64,000 nucleotides of DNA, taken from a virus. The stretch spans positions 84,198 to 148,197 of IMG/VR virus record IMGVR_UViG_3300033145_000529. One strand, written 5' to 3'. How positions within the stretch are numbered: position 1 is the first letter of the stretch; each line of letters begins with the position of its first letter. The notes below the pieces were generated by a model. The model was not told the origin of the DNA. It did not search any database and saw only the letters and a program-made list of their open reading frames with translations. Of this stretch, positions 27,666 to 37,127 are shown piece after piece. The position numbers were made by a program, and so were the translations under genes.

Positions 27666-27743
27666 GCTGGTGTAGCCCAATAAGGTAGAGGCAACAGCCT
27701 TAGAAGCTGTTCAGTGAGAGTCCGAATCTCTCCACCAGTACCA
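27666..27743 (+). tRNA. tRNA-Leu(TAG), short variable loop
   Basis: ACAGC-CTTAGAA-GCTGT; ACCA. Confidence 0.85.
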
Positions 27744-27756
27744 AAAGAGAATAAGA

Positions 27757-28145
27757 TGTATTTATACACGACAACTGACAATAGAACGATGAAAAGACAC
27801 TGGCATTTTGGTGGGAGAGAGTGTGATGGGTGTCAATATAGGTTTGAATGCTTTACTAGTAATAGAATCCATATTAAACTTGTGAAGGTGGATGTTACAG
27901 AGATACCTCACCTTTACCAACAGTGTGATAGATTCAAAGCGGAATTCCATTTACCAAAGTGTTTAAGACTTGGACTCTATAAACAAATAGCGGATTGTGG
28001 TTTTTGGAGTAGGAGTTACAGACAAAATTTCGGTGATGGATTCAAACTAGGAGCAATAATTGAAGAAGAAGATGAATATATTGATATAGAACGTGCGTGG
28101 GTGAAGTTTCCAGTTACTCTGTTTATAACTGGTACAATGAGATAA
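27757..28145 (+). CDS. Hypothetical protein with CxxCxxRFxCxT module
   Basis: WHFGGRECDGCQYRFECFT. Confidence 0.65.
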
Positions 28146-28146
28146 T

Positions 28147-28219
28147 GGTCTATAGGTGTTAATGGTGAGCATGCATCCCTGTCAAGGATGAGGGACGGGC
28201 TCGAAACCCGTATAGACCG
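28147..28219 (+). tRNA. tRNA-Asp(GTC)
   Basis: CATCC-CTGTCAA-GGATG. Confidence 0.85.
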
Positions 28220-28507
28220 CTATGAAAAATATAGATGACCTTAAAGGAGAGGAACATGAGAGAATTAAAAGTCACAGATGATGAGCTAGATATGTTACAC
28301 GGAGCACTTGTACTTCAATCGTGTTGTAATGGTGTATACTGTGTAAGTTCGTATGAAAAAGCTTTAAATGGTGATAAGGAAGAACTAGATGAGTATAAAT
28401 TTCATGGACATACTTTTGAGCAAATAAAAGAAGGAATTGCTCCACTTCTTTCTGTTATGGAGAAGGTTAAAACACTTTGGGAGTAAGCTAAGAAAGAATG
28501 AGGGTAA

Positions 28508-28583
28508 GGCACTGTAGCTAATTGGCAAAGGCGGTCGCCTGCAAAGCGATTTTAAGTGGGTTCGATTCCCACCAGTGCTTCCA
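28508..28583 (+). tRNA. tRNA-Cys(GCA)
   Basis: GTCGC-CTGCAAA-GCGAT; U73 then CCA. Confidence 0.9.
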
Positions 28584-28593
28584 AAGGAGATAA

Positions 28594-29112
28594 ATGAAAG
28601 ATTATTATAAGATTTTAGGTGTGGCTAGGGACGCTTCTCCAGAGGAGATAAAAAGGGCATATAGGAGACTAGCGAAACAATGGCATCCTGATGTAAATAA
28701 ATCTCTAGAAGCAGAAGCGAAATTTAAAGAAATAAATGAAGCTTACGAATCTTTAACGTCAAAGAGAACGCTGAATGGTACATTTGACCCGTTCGATGTT
28801 TTCTTCAGAGAGTTTAGTTCTTTTGGTGGCATCTTCAGTGGTCAAAATATTAATGTAATTAGAACAAGAAGGATAAGCTTATCTGTTGATTGGTTAACCA
28901 TGATTTTAGGTGGTGAGATTGTTGTTAATTTGGATGGGGAAAGAATTACATTGAAAGCTCCCCCACTATCTCAAGCAGGGCAAACAATTCACATTAAAGT
29001 TTATGGTGTTGATAACTATTTTACTTTGCAACCAAATTTACCAAGGTCATTGAGCGAGGAACAGAAAAAGAGTCTGGAAAATTTGAGAAATACATTGAAA
29101 GATGAATACTAA
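28594..29112 (+). CDS. DnaJ-domain protein (CbpA-like, short)
   Basis: [35 protein letters not shown]. Confidence 0.9.
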   Translation: MKDYYKILGVARDASPEEIKRAYRRLAKQWHPDVNKSLEAEAKFKEINEAYESLTSKRTLNGTFDPFDVFFREFSSFGGIFSGQNINVIRTRRISLSVDWLTMILGGEIVVNLDGERITLKAPPLSQAGQTIHIKVYGVDNYFTLQPNLPRSLSEEQKKSLENLRNTLKDEY

Positions 29113-29346
29113 ACAAATTGGTGATATATCATAAGCTAATATAGAAGTTAAATTACTTTCCAAAGGATATACTGTTTTAGTCCCACGTGATAATGATAGG
29201 TATGATTTAGTAATAGATAAAGATGGTGCGTTTAAAAGGATACAGTGTAAGACTAGTCGTTTAAGGAATGGAGCAATCGTGTTCAAAACGGTCAGTTCTG
29301 AGTACCATAGAGGTGGATGACTTGGGCTAAAGATTATGAAATATAA
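29102..29346 (+). pseudogene. PD-(D/E)XK homing endonuclease with in-frame stop and internal deletion
   Basis: [46 protein letters not shown]..; WAKDYEI tail. Confidence 0.8.
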
Positions 29347-29348
29347 TT

Positions 29349-29424
29349 TCTGGTGTACTACAATTGGTAGTAGAATCGGCTGTTAACCGAGCATATGTTG
29401 GTTCGAATCCAACCATCAGAGCCA
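29349..29424 (+). tRNA. tRNA-Asn(GTT)
   Basis: TCGG-CTGTTAA-CCGA; GCCA. Confidence 0.88.
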
Positions 29425-29428
29425 AAAT

Positions 29429-29500
29429 GGGGGTATCTGCTAGTGGCTAGGCACTCAGGTTTTCACCCTGAAAACGGGAGTTCGATTCTCCCTACCCCTG
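29429..29500 (+). tRNA. tRNA-Glu(TTC)
   Basis: TCAGG-TTTTCAC-CCTGA. Confidence 0.88.
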
Positions 29501-29617
29501 CTCATATTAAACTAGTTCATGAGATTGCTGATGATGTTCTAATAAGAATTATTAATGATATAAATAACTTATTGGCAGTGTGTCCGAATCGTCACAAAAG
29601 AATATGATAATAAGAAT

Positions 29618-29692
29618 AGCGGGGAGATTGTTGGTTATCCGTTAGCTCTCATAAAGCTAACTACGTGGGTTCAATTCCCACCTCCGCCACCA
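29618..29692 (+). tRNA. tRNA-Met(CAT), 1:72 mismatch, atypical D arm
   Basis: TAGCT-CTCATAA-AGCTA; ACCA. Confidence 0.75.
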
Positions 29693-30063
29693 TGAAAATA
29701 TTTATATTAGATGATATGCCTAATAGACAACAATTTTTATCTTGTGCTATGTCTAAAATATACGGTGGTGATTCACATTGTATAGTTGCAGATAGTTTTA
29801 GTAATGCTGTCAAGGTATTTGAAGAACATAAGGAATTTGATATTATGTTTTTAGACCATGATTTGGGTGGGAAGATTTATGTTGATTCAGAAGACCCTAA
29901 TACTGGTTATCAAGTAGTTAAATACATGGCAGAGCATGACATTAAAGGTAAAGAAATTATTGTGCATAGTTTAAACTTTGCGGGAGTTCAAAATATGTTA
30001 GCAATATTACCAAAGCACGCAAAATATGTACCATATACCATTTTACACTCTTCAAGATTATAG
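29692..30063 (+). CDS. Cyclic-phosphate-processing receiver-like domain protein
   Basis: IFILDD..R, MFLDHDLG, TGYQV, IVHSLN. Confidence 0.75.
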   Translation: MKIFILDDMPNRQQFLSCAMSKIYGGDSHCIVADSFSNAVKVFEEHKEFDIMFLDHDLGGKIYVDSEDPNTGYQVVKYMAEHDIKGKEIIVHSLNFAGVQNMLAILPKHAKYVPYTILHSSRL

Positions 30064-30065
30064 AT

Positions 30066-30137
30066 TCTCCTGTAGTCTAATAGGTAGGACGGTTGGTTCT
30101 GAACCAGCTATTTCAGGTTCGAATCCTGACAGGAGAA
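30066..30137 (+). tRNA. tRNA-Gln(CTG)
   Basis: GTTGG-TTCTGAA-CCAGC. Confidence 0.88.
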
Positions 30138-30377
30138 CAGGAAAATAAGGTGTATCGGCAAGGTAGGATAGATGAGGAACTTAAAATACTGTAGTAATAC
30201 TTTGTTGAATGAAAAGATACGCTTGTTTGTATTGTAGTTATATCTATTATAGAGTCAAACCTAGATGGTGCAGAAGGTGTTTTAGTATCAGTATTTATGA
30301 AATAGATACAAATGGTTATGTCAAGAGAGGTTTAGACTTAGGTGATAAGACGCAAGAGAAGTTAAAGAATTGCGTAT

Positions 30378-30453
30378 GGTGACGGTCATTCAATGGTAGG
30401 AAGCCTCGCTGTGACCGAGGTAATGTAGGGTTCGAATCCCTCCCGTCACCCCA
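30378..30453 (+). tRNA. tRNA-His(GTG)
   Basis: CCTCG-CTGTGAC-CGAGG; encoded G-1 and C73; CCA. Confidence 0.88.
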
Positions 30454-30974
30454 TGAATCTAAGAGATAACATAGAAGCTTTAGGTTGCAGAATAGAAGGT
30501 GATTTCACTTTACATTCTGGTGCGAAGAGTAATGTAAAGTGGGATATTGAAAAGCTTTATTCTGATTATGCTTTACACGAGAGATTGTTTTACCTCAGAC
30601 CTTGGCACAGGGAAATCTTAAAATTTATAGGAGGTAGAGATGTCCTTATCGTGGGTATTCCTACTGGTGGAGAGAGATTGATGTATGATTTTGGTAGGCA
30701 CTATAAACTTAGATATGGTGACTCAAAATACCACCTTGCTCCCTGTATGAAAAATTGGGATGCTATTATAATAGATGATGTGTTGACTACTGGAGCAACT
30801 ATTAGGGAATTATTCGATAAAGTTCACATTCTAGGTGTAGCAGTTCTTGTTAACCGTTCAAAGCTAACTAAAATCAATAATAAACCTATTATCTCAGGAG
30901 TTTTTGCTGATGAATTTGATGGGAGATTCAAAGCCTGTAATTGCACCCAAGTATTGCATTGTGGCGGAGGTTAG
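30453..30974 (+). CDS. Orotate phosphoribosyltransferase-like protein
   Basis: GDFTLHSGAKS, GIPTGG, IIIDDVLTTGATI. Confidence 0.8.
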   Translation: MNLRDNIEALGCRIEGDFTLHSGAKSNVKWDIEKLYSDYALHERLFYLRPWHREILKFIGGRDVLIVGIPTGGERLMYDFGRHYKLRYGDSKYHLAPCMKNWDAIIIDDVLTTGATIRELFDKVHILGVAVLVNRSKLTKINNKPIISGVFADEFDGRFKACNCTQVLHCGGG

Positions 30975-30981
30975 CAGAGGC

Positions 30982-31010
30982 TTGACTTTTAACGTGGCTT
31001 GTGGTATTAT
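30982..31010 (+). promoter_or_regulatory. Sigma70-type promoter with extended -10
   Basis: TTGACT-N17-TATTAT with TGTG. Confidence 0.75.
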
Positions 31011-31373
31011 AATAGTGTGGACATAGTAATAGACCAAGAAGATACAATCTACCGTTATAAGTGCAACGAGCAATGTGATAATTGTCCGATGCGGTATGTT
31101 TGCTGGACACACAGGAAAGATGGTAATACTCTCCACTTAAAAGGACAATCCTATTTAGACCCGATGACTCGTGCTAGAGTGGGTTTGTTCGCAGGCAACC
31201 AAGAGACTTTATGTCCTTGGTGTTATCGAATAGAAAAGAAGGATGTAGCACGTAAACTTGGCGAAACTTGTCCCACTTGTGGTCATTATATAACATGTGA
31301 TAGTTGTATCAGAGATTGTAACCTCAGAAATGACCTCTATAACACTGATGGTGATTGCCTTATGACAAAGTAA
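30999..31373 (+). CDS. Cys-rich protein with CxxCxxRYxCxT module (start probably downstream of the promoter)
   Basis: YKCNEQCDNCPMRYVCWT. Confidence 0.65.
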   Translation: MWYYNSVDIVIDQEDTIYRYKCNEQCDNCPMRYVCWTHRKDGNTLHLKGQSYLDPMTRARVGLFAGNQETLCPWCYRIEKKDVARKLGETCPTCGHYITCDSCIRDCNLRNDLYNTDGDCLMTK

Positions 31374-31589
31374 GGAGAGGAATATATGGAAATACACGAA
31401 GGAAAACAGACACGAAATTACAGAATGTTCATCAAAATTGGGACTAAAAAACAATTAGATGCTATTGGAAAAAGTGGTGCTGGTGGGTTTAAGAAGGTTG
31501 AGCTTATGATTACTAGCAACTTTGATTTAATGGTTTCTGATTGCGATAAACCTTATTGGGTGGAACTGAAGTATAAAACTTAATCGAAA

Positions 31590-31666
31590 GCTCAGGTGAT
31601 GCAATAGGCAGACGGACACGTTTCAAAAACGTGGTTTTGAGAGTTCGAATCTCTCTCTGAGCACCA
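31590..31666 (+). tRNA. tRNA-Leu(CAA), short variable loop
   Basis: CACGT-TTCAAAA-ACGTG; ACCA. Confidence 0.85.
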
Positions 31667-31889
31667 TGTGTATAAGAAGATGTTCAAAATGTAACTCCAT
31701 TTGGGTGTGCTGGAACTGGGTGCACGCTTTTGGTGGTGATAGAAAAAGGTATGAAGAAACTAACCCACACATTCCACCAGAAGAATTGTTAGATTGGGGT
31801 CACGAATGTTGGAGTTGCAATAATGTCTTACAGACTAAAGATAAGGTTCACAACGGTATACCTTATTGGTTCTTAAAAAGATTTTATAA

Positions 31890-31963
31890 GGGAGTGTAGT
31901 CTAATAGGATTAAAACAGCAGCCTCCAAAACTGTACTTCGGGGTTCGAGTCCTCGTACTCCCG
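31890..31963 (+). tRNA. tRNA-Trp(CCA)
   Basis: Loop CTCCAAA; GGTTCGAGTCC; G73. Confidence 0.85.
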
Positions 31964-32105
31964 CATGATTGAGCAAAAGGAATATTCAGCATGGGTAGTG
32001 GAACGTTCAGTACTCTATTTGTATAGCATAGATTGGGTTTATGTTTTCGAATTGGAGTCTCTTATGGATCTAGAGGCAAGGTTACAATTAGATAATAATT
32101 AGGAG

Positions 32106-32441
32106 ATGTGTATGCGTGGAGCTAGATTAATTGTTGCTCGGTGTAAAGCTGAAAAGACTTTCAGAAATTACGAGGGATTTTCACCACGTAATAAAAAACA
32201 ATCGAGGTGGCATAGTTACTATGGCAGGTTAGGGTGGGCAGAAGACGAGATACAAAGAATGTTAGGAATTTACCGCAAAACTAAAGTTCCATGTTCTTGT
32301 TATATGTGTGGAAATCCTAGACGGCATTGGGGATATTTACCAATAAAAGAAGTTAGGCAACATCTTAGTGCTGATTCACAGTATGATGAAATACATTGGA
32401 ATCACCGAAAGTTAAGATGGTTGAAAGGATGGTTGGATTAA
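32106..32441 (+). CDS. Hypothetical protein
   Basis: KTKVPCSCYMCGNPRRH; RBS AGGAG. Confidence 0.65.
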   Translation: MCMRGARLIVARCKAEKTFRNYEGFSPRNKKQSRWHSYYGRLGWAEDEIQRMLGIYRKTKVPCSCYMCGNPRRHWGYLPIKEVRQHLSADSQYDEIHWNHRKLRWLKGWLD

Positions 32442-32491
32442 GAGGGGGCACCAAATATACGCAGACGAGACCGTTGTAAGGAATGTATTAA

Positions 32492-32565
32492 GCTCGTGTA
32501 GCCCAATCGGCAGAGGTGATGGATTTAAACTCCATTTAGTGTAGGTTCGACTCCTATCACGAGCA
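32492..32565 (+). tRNA. tRNA-Leu(TAA), short variable loop
   Basis: ATGGA-TTTAAAC-TCCAT. Confidence 0.85.
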
Positions 32566-32579
32566 CAAGGAGGGGTAAT

Positions 32580-32810
32580 GTGAGTTGGGGAATAGAGGCT
32601 ATTGGGATAACTGCTGGTGCTCTTGTTTTTGGAGCAATGGCTGCAAAAAGACTTGTTGTTATTAAAGCTTTTTTGTTAGCGGGGGCTATAGGATTTTTCA
32701 CATATGGTATGCTATTATCCCTTCCAGCAATAATAATTATTAATTCTATAGGTATGGGTGTTGCCATATATGGTTTAGTAAGTGCCATTCGAACCACGAA
32801 AAAGGCTTGA
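32580..32810 (+). CDS. Small membrane protein
   Basis: Three hydrophobic segments. Confidence 0.65.
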   Translation: MSWGIEAIGITAGALVFGAMAAKRLVVIKAFLLAGAIGFFTYGMLLSLPAIIIINSIGMGVAIYGLVSAIRTTKKA

Positions 32811-32835
32811 CATCTACTTTGGTATATGGTATAAT
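32807..32835 (+). promoter_or_regulatory. Sigma70-type promoter with extended -10
   Basis: TTGACA-N17-TATAAT with TATG. Confidence 0.85.
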
Positions 32836-32872
32836 AATAATAGAGTTGGGGAACTCCAAATAAAGGAAAGGA

Positions 32873-33256
32873 ATGGAAAAAATGACTACTGAAAAATTTG
32901 GATTAGTGGAACTTGAACGGTATGAAGCAAAAGTGGGCTTCAAAAAGTCCGATGTGCGGACAATCAAGGGTGTGTGTGCAATTGTGGATTTACCTTTGAC
33001 TGTCGCACCCGAAACTCAGGGAATCATAGCAGCTTGTAATAAGGATATTCTAGCCTCTGAGATACAAATTGCTAAGATTAGAGCTGAGGATGCTAGGAAT
33101 GATGAAGCAACAAAGCAGAACATTGCACGCTTAAAAGCTGAAAGAGAAGCTACCAAGAGGAAGAGTGAGCGGTCTATAACTGTCTCAAAGGTTGAGACTG
33201 GGAATTCCAATAGGGAAATCGCTCGTTTGCAGAAGCTCTTAAAGCATTTTTCCTAA
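32873..33256 (+). CDS. Hypothetical coiled-coil protein
   Basis: Follows a promoter; RBS AAAGGA. Confidence 0.65.
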   Translation: MEKMTTEKFGLVELERYEAKVGFKKSDVRTIKGVCAIVDLPLTVAPETQGIIAACNKDILASEIQIAKIRAEDARNDEATKQNIARLKAEREATKRKSERSITVSKVETGNSNREIARLQKLLKHFS

Positions 33257-33261
33257 TTAAA

Positions 33262-33444
33262 AACCTGAGCTAATAAGTAGGTATTGTCTAACTAGCCCGT
33301 GTGGACTTGCCCTTAACTCAAAGAGTTAACTCCACAAGGCAGAGCGGGGAAAATCTAACCAGAGTTATTGGATTAGGTGGTACAGCCACCCTGCTGTTAA
33401 TCTAGACTCTGTGGAAGGTAGACAGTCTGCCGAAAGCTCAGGTT
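33262..33444 (+). ncRNA. Putative structured ncRNA (about 185 nt)
   Basis: Closing stem AACCTGAGCT/AGCTCAGGTT plus nested stems; ends 4 nt before tRNA-Phe. Confidence 0.65.
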
Positions 33445-33448
33445 ATTT

Positions 33449-33521
33449 GCCGAGATAGCTCTAATGGTAGAGCGATAGGTTGAAGCCCTATGCGTTGTTG
33501 GTTCGAATCCGACTCTCGGCA
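33449..33521 (+). tRNA. tRNA-Phe(GAA)
   Basis: ATAGG-TTGAAGC-CCTAT. Confidence 0.9.
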
Positions 33522-33602
33522 CATAAATCTAAGACGGAGGTCTAAGATGAACGCTAACGAAAGAAAAGATACCCAATTAGGCATATCACACGGTACAGAT
33601 GG

Positions 33603-33676
33603 GGGGGCTTAGTTCATTGGGAGAACAACTCCCTTGCAAGGAGTAAAGACGAGTTCGACTCTCGTAGCCTCCACCA
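33603..33676 (+). tRNA. tRNA-Ala(TGC)
   Basis: ACTCC-CTTGCAA-GGAGT; G3:U70; ACCA. Confidence 0.92.
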
Positions 33677-33683
33677 ATAAGTT

Positions 33684-34301
33684 ATGAAGATAGTTTTAAT
33701 AGCAGACACGCATAACTGCACTCCTGAACTTCCTGATGGAGACATCTTAATTCATGCTGGTGATGGCACATCAAGAGGAACTAGAGAAGAAGCTGAACAG
33801 TTTGATGAGTGGCTTGGCACTTTAAAATTTAAACAAATTCTATTCACACCAGGTAACCATGACTTCTGTTTTGAGAAGAATAGAGATATATTAAAGAATG
33901 CTACAACACTGATAAACGAAGGTATTGTAATTGATGGTGTTTCATTTTGGGCATCACCATATACATTAACCAAGTTCAATTGGGCATTTATGAAACCTGA
34001 GAATGAATTAGCAGAGATTTGGCGTTATATTCCAGATAAGGTTGATGTTCTTATCACACACGGTCCACCTAGAGGAATATTAGACAGAACGATTAGTGGG
34101 GAAAACGCTGGTTCACAATCCTTGCTTGACCGCTCAAGGATAGTTAAACCTAAAGTGCATGTTTTTGGACACATACACGAAACATACGGGTCACAGTATA
34201 ATCGTGGGGTACATTATATCAATGTTTCTGTCCTCAATGAGTATTACCAGAACGTGAATAAACCAGTTGTGGTTGACGTTGGTGTGTGGCTCAGTCAATG
34301 A
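33684..34301 (+). CDS. Metallophosphoesterase (MPPED-like)
   Basis: ADTH, HAGD, GNHD, THGPP, FGHIHE. Confidence 0.9.
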   Translation: MKIVLIADTHNCTPELPDGDILIHAGDGTSRGTREEAEQFDEWLGTLKFKQILFTPGNHDFCFEKNRDILKNATTLINEGIVIDGVSFWASPYTLTKFNWAFMKPENELAEIWRYIPDKVDVLITHGPPRGILDRTISGENAGSQSLLDRSRIVKPKVHVFGHIHETYGSQYNRGVHYINVSVLNEYYQNVNKPVVVDVGVWLSQ

Positions 34302-34447
34302 CGGAGGTCTAAAAATGAGCACAAATAAAGATAAGTTTTAGGGATGCCTTTTGGCACTGCTTCAAATACACTAAGGAAGAACTTTTTATTTCATGTATTA
34401 AACAAAGGTTGCTTCAAAAAGCTCGGCAAGAGGATAGAATAAATAAA

Positions 34448-34525
34448 CAGTCTATAGCTCAATAAGGTAGAGCACCACGTTTGGGGTGTGGGGGGTTGGT
34501 GGTTCAATTCCACCTAGACTGACCA
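34448..34525 (+). tRNA. tRNA-Pro(TGG)
   Basis: CCACG-TTTGGGG-TGTGG; C1:G72, A73. Confidence 0.88.
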
Positions 34526-34628
34526 TGCACCACGTTGCTTGGAATTTGGTGTTGGGTATTGAAACTATGAGTTTCAACCAAACGTACAAAGACTTAGAGG
34601 AAGCGATACCAAGCCATTTGCTTCCCTA

Positions 34629-34704
34629 CAGGGTGTACGTCAGTGGACAGACTACCTAGCCTGGACCTAGGAGGACGGCGGTCCGAATCCGCCCACCCTG
34701 ACCA
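34629..34704 (+). tRNA. Second tRNA-Pro(TGG), atypical loop (C33, A37)
   Basis: CCTAG-CCTGGAC-CTAGG; ACCA. Confidence 0.7.
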
Positions 34705-34706
34705 TC

Positions 34707-35036
34707 GTGGGGTATAAAAATAAAGAAAAACAGAAAAAAGCACAACACGAGTCATATCTAAGACTTAAAGATATTTACCGTGAAAACAACCGTAGAAGGC
34801 GTAAAGAGCTTAAAGAGTGGTTTGCTGAAATCACAAAGGACGATGTTTGTTTATTTTGTGGAGAGTCTTGTAAGATTTGTTTAGACTATCATCACAGAAA
34901 TCCAGAAGAAAAGGTAGCCAACGTAAGCACATTACTTGCAAATATGAGAAGTAGAAAAATGATACTGGCTGAACTAGCAAAGTGTGATTGTATGTGTTCT
35001 AATTGTCATAGAAAGCATGAAGCTGGATTGATATAA
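34707..35036 (+). CDS. HNH endonuclease
   Basis: CLFCGE..LDYHHRNP..KCDCMCSNCHRK. Confidence 0.8.
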   Translation: MGYKNKEKQKKAQHESYLRLKDIYRENNRRRRKELKEWFAEITKDDVCLFCGESCKICLDYHHRNPEEKVANVSTLLANMRSRKMILAELAKCDCMCSNCHRKHEAGLI

Positions 35037-35335
35037 TGGAAAAGTATGAAAGACGAGAACAAAAATTAGAGGCTAAGAAAACTAGAGTACCTAAACACGG
35101 TAGAAACATAGGAGTAGTTTATAGAAATGCCTTGGAGAAAAGAACTAGCAAAGAAGATAGATAGCTTCCTAAAACTAGAACATGATTGGGATAGCCGTTG
35201 ATTTGATACTTGACCACATTGATGGCAACTCATTTGATAATTTACCTAATAACTTAAGATGTGTTTGTTCTAATTGTGATGCTAATTTACCGACCTATAA
35301 ATCAAAGAATAGAGGAAATGGCAGGGGATATAGAC
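35037..35335 (+). pseudogene. Decayed HNH endonuclease
   Basis: LILDHIDGNSFDNLPNNLRCVCSNCD..TYKSKN; upstream half broken. Confidence 0.7.
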
Positions 35336-35411
35336 GCCAGCAAAGCACATTTGGAAGTGCAGGCGATTTGTAATCGTCAGGAAGGTTTGGGTTCGAATCC
35401 CCCTGCTGGCT
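35336..35411 (+). tRNA. tRNA-Thr(TGT)
   Basis: GGCGA-TTTGTAA-TCGTC. Confidence 0.8.
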
Positions 35412-35420
35412 CATTGAGTC

Positions 35421-35492
35421 GCCACTGAAGCTCAAAGGTTGAGCAACTACTTCGTAAGTAGGAGATTGTGAGTTCGAATCTCACCTGTGGCT
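35421..35492 (+). tRNA. tRNA-Thr(CGT)
   Basis: CTAC-TTCGTAA-GTAG. Confidence 0.8.
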
Positions 35493-35501
35493 CATAGTAT
35501 T

Positions 35502-35584
35502 GGAGAAGTGTCCGAGTGGTTTATGGTGCTGGCTTTGAATCCCAGTGAGCTAACGCTCCGAAAGTTCGAATCCCACACCTTCCG
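35502..35584 (+). tRNA. Degenerate tRNA-Ser(TGA) (probable pseudo-tRNA)
   Basis: Ser-type D arm and variable arm, but mispaired acceptor and T stems. Confidence 0.55.
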
Positions 35585-35593
35585 CTAGTTAAA

Positions 35594-35860
35594 ATGGAAT
35601 TAAAAGTTTGCGAAACTAAAAAACGTTCTCTAGTAAAGGCAATATCGTTTAGGATTATTGAAGTTGCTATTGATACGCTTATACTTTCTTTCTTTATTCC
35701 CGTACCAATAGCCTTTGTATTGGCAATGGCTGTTGAGGGAATTTGTTTCGCTTTACATTTTGCGTTTGAGAGAGTCTGGAATAAAATAGATTATGGGAGA
35801 CACATATACAAACGCAAAAATAAGCAAACTAAATGGATGTTATATAAGCAGACTGAGTGA
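35594..35860 (+). CDS. DUF2061-like membrane protein
   Basis: ETKKRSLVKAISFR..FERVWNKIDYG. Confidence 0.75.
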   Translation: MELKVCETKKRSLVKAISFRIIEVAIDTLILSFFIPVPIAFVLAMAVEGICFALHFAFERVWNKIDYGRHIYKRKNKQTKWMLYKQTE

Positions 35861-35867
35861 ACGGCTT

Positions 35868-36113
35868 ATGGGTCTGCTTATGATATTAGAAATAGAATTA
35901 TCGTGGGGCAAGAGATTGGCATTTAATACATGGGGCGTAGAGACTGCTAGTTTTATTTGTGAAGGTGAAAGAAAGTGTAGTGATTGTGAGTTTCGTTTTG
36001 CTTGCTATACCACCAACACCGTAATTAAGATTAAACGTGAGTTCACCGATTATCATAGTGCGATAAAATATAGAAACAACCTTAAAAAAAGGTTTAAGTG
36101 CCGAGTAGTCTAG
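35868..36113 (+). CDS. Small protein with CxxCxxRFxCxT module (start uncertain)
   Basis: ICEGERKCSDCEFRFACYT. Confidence 0.6.
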   Translation: MGLLMILEIELSWGKRLAFNTWGVETASFICEGERKCSDCEFRFACYTTNTVIKIKREFTDYHSAIKYRNNLKKRFKCRVV

Positions 36114-36176
36114 ATTGGTTTGGACGTCAGCCTTTGAAGCTGGAGTTTGGTGGTTCGAATCCACCCTCGGCAACCA
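36099..36176 (+). tRNA. tRNA-Gln(TTG)
   Basis: TCAGC-CTTTGAA-GCTGG; CCA. Confidence 0.85.
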
Positions 36177-36747
36177 ATGGGTTGACTGCTGTATCAAGGG
36201 GGTTGCTATTAAATTAGAGTTAGGTGATATCCTTATATGCGTCAATGATAGGACTGATGCATGGTCAAGATTAAACAGAGTCATAGCAGGAAAATATGAC
36301 CATGTTCTTATGTACATTGGAAAATTCCATGACATCCCTATGGTTTACGAGAGTGATGGTCGAGGGGTGGTAATTCAAAACTTAACACACCAAACAGGTA
36401 AACAAGTTTTGGTTATGCGTTCCACTCTTGGGCAGGAAGCTAAACGTAGAGTTATAGCCAAAGCGATTGAAATAGCCAGTAGAGATGGTGCTTATTACGA
36501 TTATTTTGCGGTTGTTTATTCTTGTATTCCGAGAATACTTAAAGAGAAATTCCCATTCTTACCAATACCTTCCCACTATGTTCGTGATAAGATGATGATT
36601 TGCTCCGAAGCGATTGCAGAAGCTTTTTGGGAAAACAAGATTCCAGTTCTTCCACAAGGTATCGTTCCATTACCCGAAGATTTTAAGACTAGCAAGATTC
36701 TACATCAAGTTCTGCAAGGGAGTTTATTAAAAGATGTTTTGCCGTAA
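36115..36747 (+). CDS. Permuted papain-like NlpC/P60 (YiiX/YaeF-like) protein (true start lies after the tRNA)
   Basis: GDIL..YDHVLMY..YESDGRGV..YYDY..ICSEAI. Confidence 0.75.
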   Translation: MVWTSAFEAGVWWFESTLGNQWVDCCIKGVAIKLELGDILICVNDRTDAWSRLNRVIAGKYDHVLMYIGKFHDIPMVYESDGRGVVIQNLTHQTGKQVLVMRSTLGQEAKRRVIAKAIEIASRDGAYYDYFAVVYSCIPRILKEKFPFLPIPSHYVRDKMMICSEAIAEAFWENKIPVLPQGIVPLPEDFKTSKILHQVLQGSLLKDVLP

Positions 36748-37015
36748 TGGTTTGGTGGTTTAAATGACGAGGCTAAAATGGCAACTTACTGTAAGAGAAA
36801 GTGTCCCGCTTGTAAAAAAGATATGCGAATGGTAACTGAGGTTGATGGAACAATACTATACAAGTGTTATGATTTTGATTGTGGTACGCTAATCCTTTTT
36901 GATAAGGAAGCTGGAACAGAGCTACAAAGGTGGAATAGAAACGGGAAAGAATATTAGGGTAGGGTATATCTACGAACTTGGTAAGTCAGGTAATCATCCT
37001 CTCTCCCAAGGGCAT

Positions 37016-37052
37016 AAAGAAGGCTCAAGGATTAACCTGAGCCTTCTTTTTT
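37016..37052. terminator. Bidirectional intrinsic terminator at the strand-convergence point
   Basis: AAAGAAGGCTCA..TGAGCCTTCTTTTTT between convergent gene blocks. Confidence 0.8.
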
Positions 37053-37127
37053 GCCTACTAATCTCTAAAAACAAATCCGAAAAATTCTATGTCGTCAATA
37101 GTCATCTCTCTCTATCATCTGCCATTC

